Below are positions 51,997 to 64,000 of a DNA stretch of 64,000 nucleotides, in pieces. The stretch is taken from NCBI GenBank assembly GCA_964016885.1, contig OZ024755.1, positions 744,001-808,000 on the forward strand. The letters run 5' to 3'. A model generated the notes under the pieces. That model had not been told where the DNA came from and made no database searches. It was given only the letters and a program-made list of their open reading frames with translations. Position 1 is the first letter of the stretch. Every line of letters begins with the position of its first letter. Source of the DNA: Eledone cirrhosa. Its lineage: Eukaryota. Both the position numbers and the translations under genes were made by a program.

Positions 51997-52197
51997 TGCC
52001 ACTACAGCACCCCCACAACTCCATGAGGAGTTATGGAACCATACCATATATATGAGAAGTCAGTAAATCAGGATTTGAAACTGAAGTCTTACATTGATAA
52101 TCAATTCTATTGTTTGTCACCAAACCTTCCAATCCTTACTTTTTCAGAAGCAATTGTGTTTGGGAGTACACATCTTCTGTCACAATTATATAATAGA

Positions 52198-52235
<38 letters not shown>

Positions 52236-53094
52236 CACATATCCATCCCAACACAACCAATCTCTCCATATCCAATACAATTGACCAACAAGAATCAATA
52301 ACAGCCACAGTTTTATATGGAACACTTCAAACTCTTTACTTCACTTCTTTTACAGCATTTATTTACTGTTGTTGTTGCTGTTGCTGTTGTTGTTGTTTAT
52401 ATATGTACAAATGGGAGTTCTTCCACTCCACCATCACCACCCTACACCCACCACCACCAACATTATCACCATCAACATCACCACCAACAACATCACCAGC
52501 ACCAGCACCTTACACCCTCTACCACCTCCATCTCTAACACCTTCCTCTCCACCACCACCAACCACCCACTCCATCACCAATCTCACCACTACCACTACCA
52601 CCCACTACAAACCATCACCACCCCCACCACGTCTCCATCACCAATCTCACCACCACCATCACCTCCTTCCAAATGCAATATATTCATACTCTGACATTTT
52701 CTATCTCTGCTCCAGTGATAAGTAGATCAGAAGATGGAAGCTAGTTTTAAAAAGGAAAATAAATAGAAAGATGTACTATCTTTTGTTAAGGCTAAAAATC
52801 ATTTACTTAGAGAATTCGTTTTCCAATTCTTTCAGAAACTCTCCAGCTTGGGAGAGCTTCTTTCTGCTTCGTTAAATGTATTTTCAATGTAAGTTTTATA
52901 CAACCAGCAATGGAGGAAATGTGTTGGATTAACAAACTACCAAATAGTTCCAGACATGGCCGGCTGTATGGTTAAGATGTTTTCTATGTAAACTACATGC
53001 TATCAACATGTGATGTTTTCCAACAGATGGCGACTTCAATAGAGCTGCGTTTTTTCTCTAAAACAGTTTTGTTCGTTTCTGCCATGGCCCACTT

Positions 53095-53250
53095 CTGTCT
53101 TTCTATTTCTTCTTTCTATTTCTTCTTTAATTTCTCATTCTATTTTCTGATGAAGGACTAGCGTCTGAAACGTTAAGACTTTTTTTCCTACCATATCAAG
53201 TGTAAAACTAATATATTTCTTCATTATACTGTGTTGTTTGCCTTTTCCAT
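53095..53250 (+). mobile_element. Penelope-like pLTR remnant with hammerhead (53143-53178)
   Basis: tttt CTGATGA A GGAC-tagc-GTCT GAAA CGTT aaga; diverged relative of the 45908 and 56740 copies. Confidence 0.7.
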
Positions 53251-54095
53251 ACATGGTTTTATGTTTGATCCGTCTGCATGACACCTTGGGCAAGTAGATG
53301 CCCTCTACCATCACCACCATCATCATCATCAGATTGAGTGATTTGTCCAGGCCTTTTCTTTGTCTTTCGTTAGCTGAGTAACACAAGGTGCCACCCCCAC
53401 AAATGTAGGCAGTTGTCTGCTAACTAAACTTGGTCATCCTCACCAGTGACTATCATTAAAGTTTTCAAATAATTTTACCAAAAAATAATCAGAAATTTTT
53501 GAGGGAATTGATAAAATATTCATTAAGCTGGTGTTTGGAACATAACTTAACAAAGGTTCTTACATATAATAGAGAGATACATTGTATCCCTGCCTGCTGT
53601 AAGAAGCGACTAAAAAGGTTGGTGTCTGGTAGTGGTGGTAGTGGTGGTGCTGCTGATGATAAACAGTTTAGCATCATAAAACTACATAGAGGTAGAGAAT
53701 ATTTGTTATAAGCTGGTAGAGATGTTCACAAGATACTCCATGGCTCCCTGGACCTTAAACTAATGTACCAGCTGAACCCTACTTCTCATATCCCCTATAA
53801 TCATATCCCGATATATAATGGGATTTGTTTCTGAATTACTCCTTTTATACGTAACATATTATAGAAATTTAAGAAAGAATTTGTAGCTCTGACATAACTA
53901 AGAGTTGCTTACAAAGGAGAGATAGATTTCTAAAGCAGAAGAAAACGATGAAAGACTCTTATCAATGATGAATGTAGACAGAAATAAGTTTCTTCAATAC
54001 CTTAGCTTTAACAAACCTTAATTGAACAGATATATATATATATATATGCAAACGTGGAAGATGGACGTTAAACAATGATGATGATGATGATGATA

Positions 54096-54203
54096 CATAT
54101 ATATATGTGTATATATATATATATATTTACATATATATATCATCATCATCGTTTAACGTCCGTGTTCCATATATATATATATATATGTGTATATATACAT
54201 ATA

Positions 54204-54241
<38 letters not shown>

Positions 54242-54474
54242 CATATTTATATACATATATATATGTATACATATTTATATACATATATATATGTATACAT
54301 ATTTATATATATATATGTATGCATATTTATATATATATATGTATGCATATTTATATATATATATATATATACATATTTATATATATATATATATATATAT
54401 CTATACATATATATATATATGTATACATATTTATATATATATATGTATACATATTTATATATATATATATATGT

Positions 54475-54516
<42 letters not shown>

Positions 54517-54547
54517 ACATATTTATATATATATATATATACATATT

Positions 54548-54578
<31 letters not shown>

Positions 54579-54710
54579 GTATATATGTATACATATTTAT
54601 ATATATATATATATATGTATACATATTTATATATATATATATATACGTATACATATTTATATATATATATATATATACGTATACATATTTATATATATAT
54701 ATATATATGT

Positions 54711-54758
<48 letters not shown>

Positions 54759-54970
54759 ACATATTTATATATATATATATATGTATACATATTTATATAT
54801 ATATATATATGTATACATATTTATATATATATATATATGTATACATATTTATATATATATATATGTATACATATTTATATATATATATATGTATACATAT
54901 TTATATATATATATATATATGTATACATATTTATATATATATATATATATACGTATACATATTTATATAT
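54096..54970. repeat. Interrupted (TA)n array, unit TGTATACATATTTA(TA)n
   Basis: Direct reading; related array at 55610-55877. Confidence 0.97.
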
Positions 54971-55620
54971 AGAAAGATTTGAATGGATACAGTTTAGTTG
55001 AAAGGAATTTATTGACACGTGTTTCTATAACAGTTACATAACCTAAAACAGCTATCTACAAACTTTTAGTTATGCAGACATTCAATATTTCAATGTTATT
55101 ATTTACTGTCATTTCATCAGAATAATATTACTGAGGACCTATTTAGTTTTTATAGAGAATATTAGGAGGGAGGGGTGAAGTTGTTAGAAGAATAGTTGAA
55201 GGAGTGGTTTTTCGATAGCAGTGAGAATTCTTGGTGGCAGTGAGTAATTAGATTCCCATCTGTTGTTTTGACATTTTTTATAGAATATATTATTGGTTAT
55301 TTTTCTAAATCTATAGAAGGATTAGAGATAGTAAAGATATGCGTGGTTGGTTTTGTGTTTGCACTTAATTAACATTCAGACTTAAATTTTTCTTTCAAGT
55401 GTACGTATCCTTTCACCCACGCATTCACACACAAATATATTTGCACACCTCTACAAAATACATATACTCACAATTCACATATTCATACTTACATATATAT
55501 ACACATGCATACACATATATATACACACATGTATTCATATACATACATACGCGCTCATGTGTATACATTTTCATACTCAACTTATCTTTATATACACACG
55601 TATAGACACACTCATATATT

Positions 55621-55651
<31 letters not shown>

Positions 55652-55740
55652 ATATATATACGTATACATATTTATATATATATATATATATATACATATT
55701 TATATATATATACATATTTATATATATATATATACATATT

Positions 55741-55809
<69 letters not shown>

Positions 55810-55830
55810 TTATATATATATATATATACA

Positions 55831-55877
<47 letters not shown>

Positions 55878-56084
55878 GTCCCACCCTTGCAAGCAGGGAA
55901 AAGCGGACGTAAAATGATGATGATATATATATGTATAGATATATATATATATATTATACTATATTATATTATATTATATATACAATTAGGGGCTTGTTAA
56001 AGCTAATATACTGAATAAACTTATTCTTTTTACTACGTTCTGCAACAGTTTTTAATAGAAATGTGATTGTACAATACAAAACTA

Positions 56085-56227
<143 letters not shown>

Positions 56228-56739
56228 TATATATTAAAGTATTTGGATGAATAAATGCCTTAAGCATAATGGTAAGTTAATTAACAGGGTATAGGTAAGC
56301 CAAAGAAACATTTTCTTTCTTTTTACTTCTTTATCTTAAAATGGTGTGGAAGCAACAGAGTACTAATACCCTTTTGAAAGGCTTTTTTTATATTGTGATA
56401 TATAGAGAATTACCTGGGTGAGGTTACTGTTGTTTGTGGCTAGTTCCATTGAAATTAGTTGAGACAAAAAAAACCCAGCACAATGGACAATGTAATTGTT
56501 GGTTTAGTGTTAGGTACATCAGTCAAGCTGGTTGGTCTTCAGTTCAATCCCAGGGTTAGTGAATCTATGGTATATATATATATATATATAATGTGTGTGT
56601 ATGTCAGGTTCAATTGGGGGTAACCACAGTTAGTAAGGTACTCAAAGAAATCATCAGGGCTTTACTGTTGATTCCTTTTGAATGAAACAGTTCTAGAGTC
56701 CTGTAGAAGCCATGTCTATATTAAATTTGATATAAGGAC

Positions 56740-56916
56740 ATTTTTTTCCAATTCCAACCCGCCCGTCCCCCCAATCTATCTTATTTCTCATTCTTTCTTC
56801 TGATGAAGGACTAGCGTCCGAAATGTTAAGACCCTCTTCCTGCTATATCAAGCGTTAACCTAATATATCCCTTCCATATACTGTACCAATTGTGTTGTTA
56901 TTTCTGTTTACCTTTT

Positions 56917-56917
<1 letters not shown>
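56740..56917 (+). mobile_element. Penelope-like pLTR remnant with hammerhead (56796-56831)
   Basis: tctt CTGATGA A GGAC-tagc-GTCC GAAA TGTT aaga; abuts (TA)n. Confidence 0.75.
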
Positions 56918-56956
<39 letters not shown>

Positions 56957-56984
56957 TGAAGCATATAGACAATATGCCCCCACA

Positions 56985-57205
56985 CCCTCCCACTGCAAAG
57001 TGGTCGTGGAGGTGCCACGGCAAAAAAGCACCCAGCACTCACTGTAAATGAGGTTGGTGTTAGGAAGGGCATCCAGCTGTAGAAATCGAGCCAAAATCAG
57101 TTCCTGTATGAGCAAGGCATGGTCAGCCGACCAGACACTGCCCACAACAGGACAACCCGTCTAACCCATGCTAGCATGGAAGAACGGACGTAAAACGGTG
57201 ATGAT
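56985..57205 (+). mobile_element. RTE-type 3' UTR tail (LINE remnant or RTE-tailed SINE)
   Basis: GGTTGGTGTTAGGAAGGGCATCCAGC...CCCATGCTAGCATGGAAG..GGACGTAAAAC, as in 5845-5990. Similar at 45362-45585, 4440-4560(-), 15540-15672(-). Confidence 0.8.
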
Positions 57206-58052
57206 ATATATATATAAACATTCTAAAATTAAAGGACTCCCAGAAATTTGGTGAGGGTCTGTATTGGAAACCATTCATTTGAGAGTTCACTAAGTTCTCT
57301 TGCTGTGAGGAGTGTCATATTCTTCAATCCTTCTGGCAACTGACCTTAACAAACTCATCTTTTAACTTTCTTAATTGATTGTTAGATTGTTTTCCTTGGG
57401 GATAAATACTTGTATTGACATCTTGGAGACTAAAAACTGACTTAAAGAGAAATGGTAAAATATTTAATGAATGCCACAATCAAGTTGAATACACATCCTG
57501 TCAGAATATTGGCTTCAACATTGTGGAATTTCAGTAATCAAAGAAGTTTTTTACCTTGTTTTTTCATATGTACAGTAACAAGAATAAGGGTTAGAAACAA
57601 GGTGGGCTTTATGGTATCTATGCTAACTGGAATTAGTAACATAGCAAGAATGAAAATAATTGCATTTTATAAGTATGACAAGGTAAGCATTAAAAGTTAC
57701 AGTGACAAGACAAGATACAGCAAAATTCAATTGATGTCCTATCCTATCTGTCACCTTCGTGTGAGACAGCAAACACAGCTTTACACTAACAGTACCTGTT
57801 TCCCATCAAGTGATATAAAGACAGAGTAGATCAGTGAAAGCAAACTTATGACAGGCATGATAGTAGTGATATGTTTTAGGTGACATGAGATGGATTTGGA
57901 AGTAGATTTCAAAATTTCATGTTATATTTTATTAAAACTCCTTATAGTTGAGTGGTTAAAGTATCTTGGGTAGAAATGTCTTCTACTATAGTCTCGAGTG
58001 GACCAATGCCTAGTGAGTGGAATTTGGTTGACAGAAACTACAGTTGCTTGTC

Positions 58053-58085
<33 letters not shown>

Positions 58086-58087
<2 letters not shown>

Positions 58088-58161
58088 GGGTGTCCCAAAA
58101 ATGTATACACACTTCAACAGTATTCTAATAAAAGGGTGTATAATTTTTAAGGGACTCCCTG
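58086..58161. mobile_element. 76-bp Tc1/mariner mini-MITE
   Basis: CAGGGTGTCCCAAAAATGTATACAC ... GTGTATAATTTTTAAGGGACTCCCTG. Confidence 0.75.
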
Positions 58162-59011
58162 TGTGTGTATATATATATATATATATGTGTGTAGGGGGGG
58201 ATTGTAAATATGTATTTGTGTGTCCATGTATGTGTGTGTGTGTGTGTATGTTGATGTCCTGTTTAACTTAAGAAAGATCAATAGAACAGGTACCTTTGAT
58301 CCCCTTCTGCCAGGTGTTGTGACCGGGAGATAATATCAACAAATGGAAGACCAATGGAAACAATGTTTCCTTGGTCCGATTTGATTAGTTCCATCTCACT
58401 CGGTAAGTGAATGAGGTCTGGGATCTTTTTGATTGATTGTGTGTGTGTGTGTGAATATATGTGCCTATGTATGTATGCATATATATGTATGTGAGTATAT
58501 ATATATATATATATATATATAATTAGCTTCTATGCATACGTGTGTGTGTATATATATATACATGTATGCATATATATATGTATGTGGATATATGTATCCA
58601 TATATATATATATGTATGTGGATATATGTATCCATATATATATGTATGTGTGGATATATGTATACATACATACATATATATAGTTATATACACACACACA
58701 CACATAACTTGTTCTTTGCATCTAAATAGCTTTGTCAGGCAATAATTTTTTTTATTTTTCTAAATTCATCTTAAAATAATAACACTTGAAAATAAAAAGA
58801 ATAACAAACAGCATGTAAAAAGAAACAATAAAAAAAACATGTCATCTACTTTTACTTTTTTAGTTGAAAAACTAAAAATATTTTCATCCTGTTGCTTTTT
58901 GCCTTTTAGTTTACTTTAAAACTACCATTTCTTCTTTCTTTCCTTCTTCTTCTTCAATAATTCTATCACAAGAACAGTAAATGTCAGAGTACCATTTTAT
59001 AAGTTCTATCT

Positions 59012-59025
59012 GTTTCCATGACAAC
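59012..59025. promoter_or_regulatory. RFX X-box consensus match next to a splice donor
   Basis: GTTTCCATGACAAC fits GTHNYYATRRNAAC and is followed by CAG|GTAAGA (GT at 59029). Confidence 0.35.
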
Positions 59026-60817
59026 CAGGTAAGAGTTATTGAAGCAAAGCTAATCTATACAGACAAGTGCTTACAACTCAAAAACCACTTGCTTCTGACA
59101 TACACCATAATGAACAAGTAATATTCGAGGAAAATCCAATTATTCTATATAGTTAATTATATAGATGTTAACATGAACATTTTCATAATAATATTCATTA
59201 ATTCCTTGCTTCGGTCGTTGATAAAAAAATATACACATCTCTTTATGTAAGATGGGAATAGCAAAATGTTACAAGAATATTTTCTTAGCAAAGGTGTCCT
59301 TTCCAATAAAAAGATGATTCTTATTGAAATTATCTAAATGTCAGAGTTATTTCTAAGCAGACTAATACATTAATATGTTGCTAAAGGTCATATGATGTAA
59401 TTGTTTATATTTTAATTGAAAAAAAACAAACAAAACAAAGGCAAACACAAAAGAAAACATGTTACATAGTATTTGAAAAATATAAATTTTACAAACACGG
59501 ATGAAAATGTATTTCAGTGATTCACAAACAATAAAATATACATGCACACATATATATATATATTCACATATGTATATATATATATATATCCACATAAGTA
59601 TATATATATATATAGTAATAATAATAAATGAGAAAACTAAAATCCAAAGAGGGCTCGATAAGGATGAATATATATCAAATATATATATTCCTGGTTTTTA
59701 GAATAAGTACACCATACCCCTGGGTGTCGTGAGATGCGATGAAAATGGTTGTCATCAGAAAAGGAATTAATTGTAAAAGCACCCTATGTCAAACCACCAT
59801 GTTCACTTCTTGGAGAAACCTGGGTCTAGAGATTTCAAGTATTTGATGGTTCCCATAATATTCTGAGGTTTCTGAAAGTTAAGGAGGGGGTTCTTCTCTG
59901 AAGACCTTCTGCTGTTCAACTCTCTTCAGACTTTTTTTTACCATTTAATTGTTCAGAAGAAGAATCTATATAAAATATTTCCTTTAATCTATTCTAGACT
60001 GGAGAAATCCATTAAAGTCCCATGAAACTTCATCAATTATTAAGTAGACTCGAGTTGTTGCTAAGATATATGTTATTTTCTTTTCATTTGTAAAGTATGA
60101 GCAACTAATTCATTTAGACATAATATTCAAGACCATTACATGTTAGGACTTGTTCTCAATGAGAAAAGATTAATTTTATTATCTGTGGTTTCAAAGATCT
60201 GATTGTAATTAAATAGTAACAAAGAAATGAGCCTAAGATCTCATTTATTGTTAAAATTATTATAATTAAGTAAATAAGTTAGAAATGAATTTTTTTTTAA
60301 AATACTCTAATTTGAGAAATCAAAATTAGAATTTACAATTTGTTTAGTATTAAGTACTAATCAATAATGTCCATTCTTTTCTCTGAACAAAGACCTCTTA
60401 TATATAATGTAGGTAATTTGATTAGTGTTATCAACACCAGCATTTTACTGTGACTTATCTATACATAATAGAGGCAGTCATTAGAATATTGGATAGGTAA
60501 CTTTGTGATATTCAGTTCGACTCTCTGCTCTCTCAGTTCAGATCTCATTGAAGTCAACTTTGCCTTTCATCCATTTGAGGTCGATAAAGAAAAATACCAG
60601 TTAAGTACTGCGGTCGATTGTTCTTCTATATCTGTTCCTCACTTCCTTTCTCTCACGCTCTATCATACTCTGGAAGAAATCTGCTGTATTCAGACCTGGA
60701 GAGGAGATGGGCTCTGCCAGGTTTTAACATGCCCTAGAAACTCTGTATGTCAATACGGTGCCCCTTTGACTCCCACCGGAGTTACAGGACCATGCATGCA
60801 TGTATTTATATATAATA

Positions 60818-61185
60818 CACAAGCATGCTCTGTTGGATGTGCAATGTCAATGTACGTGAATGACCAAGCATGGATGAGTTGAGAGAGAAACTGTGTGTAA
60901 GAGGGATAAGTTGTGGTGTGTGGCAGAGAAGACTGCAATGGTATGGACATGGGATGCGCATGGAGGATGACCGCTGGGTAAAGAAGTGCCAAGAAATTCC
61001 AGTAGAAGGAAGACGCAGTCGAGGAAGACCTCAAAAAACATGGGCAGAGGTGGTGAGAGCAGAACTTAGATTGCTGAAGCTCATGGAGGAGATGACGAAG
61101 GACCGTGACAAATGGGGAGATGCTGTGCTGAATAGGAACTGTCCCACCCTTGTAAGCAGGGAAAAGCGAACGTAAAATGAGGATT
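60818..61185 (+). mobile_element. RTE LINE 3' end, short-3'-UTR subfamily
   Basis: MLCWMCNVNVRE*...RRLQWYGHGMRMEDDRWVKKC...RGRPQKTW, ending GCAGGGAAAAGCGAACGTAAAATGA. Smaller pieces at 18617-18733(-), 19303-19540(-), 27950-28075(-), 31475-31525, 55878-55925. Confidence 0.9.
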
Positions 61186-61859
61186 ATTATCATCTCATCC
61201 TCATCATTGAGTGGAGAAGGATAGGGAGTTCCAAATGAAAGGAAGATGTAGTTAAGCTAGGCCAATATACTGGGTAAAAAACATTACTTTGTTTTATTTG
61301 TCATCCTTTACTCTTTATATCTTTGTATCTTTACTCTTTACTTTGTACCAGCTTTTTGAAACTTATCGATCTTTTAAAGAATACAAAATTTACTAAATGA
61401 TTTATTTCAATCTCTGTCTCTGGCTCAAATACTGATTTATTTTCAAAATTAACACCAGCTAACTTTTACCATAAAAAGTTCTAGTTTAACACATCACAAT
61501 TGTTTCATTTTATGTAAAAACAACTCAAGTGTATGTGCTTAAACAATTTCAACATGATTATGTAATCAAAACTCTCCATACTCTCTCTCTCTTACATCTA
61601 CAACTACAGGTTACACTACTTTAGCACTATTGTCTTTACTAACCAAACACGGCATGCTATTTCTCTTCTATTGAACACAATATGTAGCGGTGGTAGTGGT
61701 GGTGGTGGTAGTAGTAATAGAAGTAGTAGTAGTGGTGGTGGTGGCAGTAGTAATAGTAGTAGTAGCTAGATATTTACTATATTTAATCACAAACCTTTTC
61801 ATTTCATGTTTCCTGGTTTCAGACAGCCATTTGGTCTCACATTGATTTCTATCTTGTTC

Positions 61860-61992
61860 TGTTGTATTGTCTTTCTGTTTGGTTGTGAGACCAGGTCAAC
61901 AGTATTAACCATATCAGTGTTGTATTGTCTTTCTGTGTGTTGTGAGACCAGGTCAACAGTATTAACCATATCAGTGTTGTATTGTCTTTCTT
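61860..61992. repeat. ~58-bp tandem repeat, 2.3 copies
   Basis: TGTTGTATTGTCTTTCT...GTTGTGAGACCAGGTCAACAGTATTAACCATATCAG. Confidence 0.93.
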
Positions 61993-62249
61993 TTCCATAT
62001 GAATATAACTGAAGCGAGTGTAACATTCTTACATAAACAAATGCTGCTACTACTACCGCTGCTGCTGATGATGTTGGTAGTAGTAATAGAAGTAATAATA
62101 ATAATAGTGATAATAATGATATTGTATATACCATATTTAGGTTAATATCCACTATTTATCCCAGCAATGAAGTATATATATCTAATATAGTAAAGTAAAT
62201 ATATATCTATATCTAATATAGTAATATATATATCTATATATCATATAGT

Positions 62250-62281
<32 letters not shown>

Positions 62282-63809
62282 ATATAGTAATATATATATA
62301 TATATAATATAGTAATATATATAATATAGTAATATATATATATATAATATAGTAATATATATATAAAATAGTAATATATATATAATATAGTAAAATATAT
62401 ATATTTTACTATATTATATATATATATATATATATATCTAATATAGTAAAGATCTAAACATGTTTTGTTGAGATCTTTTGTAAATAATCCTGATTTACAG
62501 ATTACAGTAAATGATATTAGTCGATTCCATGAAAAGCAGATTTAATTATCTTCGATAATCATGAAATGTTAAGCTATATTCAAATATCCATTCCTTGTGC
62601 CAATAGTCCACTAGTTTAACCATCCAAACACTACACGCTCCCCTTTTTTTCTTATATCAATTTAATCTTTTGCTTCTATCATATTAACATCTTCATGGAT
62701 ATTTTAATATCTGCTTTTCTCATGATAGTAACGCTTGAATGACTCAGCAAAATTAATTCTTTTCATCACCCTTTGACCAATTCTTCAGTTAACTCCTTTA
62801 AAATAAGTTTCTTTCTTCATTCACATTCTTTTACAAACCATCTCTCTTCTCTAACTACAGCCATGATAGAGAGACAGAGAGACAGACTGACAGACAAACA
62901 GCAGGAAAGACAGACAGGCTTTCTTCTAATCAAAGACTGTCAGTCTGTCAGTCTGTCTAGACTGACAGAAAGAGAGAGAGTCTTTGATTAGAAGAAAGCT
63001 AGTTTTCTTACAATGTCAAATTTCCTTCTGTCTACTCTCCATTTTCAGTTCTACCATCAACCAATAACTTAAGTTAATTACTTCACCCGATGTTTCAATG
63101 TAGAGTTCAATACCAAGTGATCATATTAGTTATACTATTATTTCTTCTACTAATATTCCTTTATACTTATATTGCCAGCACCACCATAACCACCACCACC
63201 ACCACCACCATCACCACATCCACCACCACTGCCACTACTAATACTATTACCACCATTATCACAGTCACTACATTTGTCATTATAGATTTTATAGTTATTT
63301 AACATCAGAGACCGACTAATACTGATAAAGAGATATTTTCTGCTTCAGTGCATCTCCTGCACCTAAATACTGCAGCCATTGCCTACAGAACAACTACAAC
63401 AATGACAACAACAGCAACAACAACAGCAACAACTACAACAATGACAACTACAACAATTACAATGACAACGACAACTACAACAACAATCGCAACAACCACA
63501 ACCACAACGTCAACAACAACCACAATAACAACAACAACTACAACAACCACAAGAGCAACAACAACACTGTATAAAATGCTAGCAACTTATTTTGCCAACT
63601 ACAATCTTTAGTTAAACTATATAAATAGCAAGGGTATTATAATTTAACCTGTAAAGACTCCTAAGTCATCGTAATGTCTCAGTTGTTTACCATTAGTTAA
63701 GACATATTCTTACATTGAATCAAGATAATTCTGGTCTCTAGACTTGATATTTTCTGTCTGTTGCTAAAAGCAATTTGATCTTTCAGGTGATAATCTTTAC
63801 AAATCCTAC

Positions 63810-63898
63810 CGTCAATTCCAGTGAATGTTCCGTCAATTCCAGTGAATGTTCTGTCAATTCCAGTGAATGTTCTGTCAATTCCAGTGAATGTTCCGTCA
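63810..63898. repeat. 21-bp minisatellite, ~4 copies
   Basis: Unit (C/T)GTCAATTCCAGTGAATGTTC. Confidence 0.95.
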
Positions 63899-64000
63899 TT
63901 AAGTTGGAGAAAGGGATAACGGGTTAATTTCAACTCGTTACATTCCCAAACATTTCTACCCAGCCTCTCCCTCCCTGCCCCCTCTTTAATATTGTGCTGT

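Overview
AT-rich eukaryotic DNA, intronic or intergenic, dominated by microsatellites and transposon debris. The SINE/RTE repertoire and (TA)n density suggest an octopod cephalopod (inference from memory of these families). No host protein-coding gene can be called; almost all listed ORFs are microsatellite translations. Supportable content: (1) a complete TC...CTAG Helitron (15676-17302) with no Rep/helicase but an open 236-aa ORF of an NLS-like start plus eight 23-aa STPR-like repeats; (2) several Penelope-like/retrozyme-like remnants with hammerhead ribozyme motifs, including fold-backs centred on a hammerhead stem; (3) RTE and CR1 LINE fragments, two bipartite non-autonomous RTEs, and a hATm-like transposase relic missed by the ORF track; (4) at least three tRNA-derived SINE families, plus piggyBac and Tc1/mariner MITEs; (5) many local fold-back/template-switch inverted repeats; (6) minisatellites, an interstitial telomeric tract and RFX X-box matches. 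All alignments and folds were read by eye, so ends of degenerate elements are approximate.
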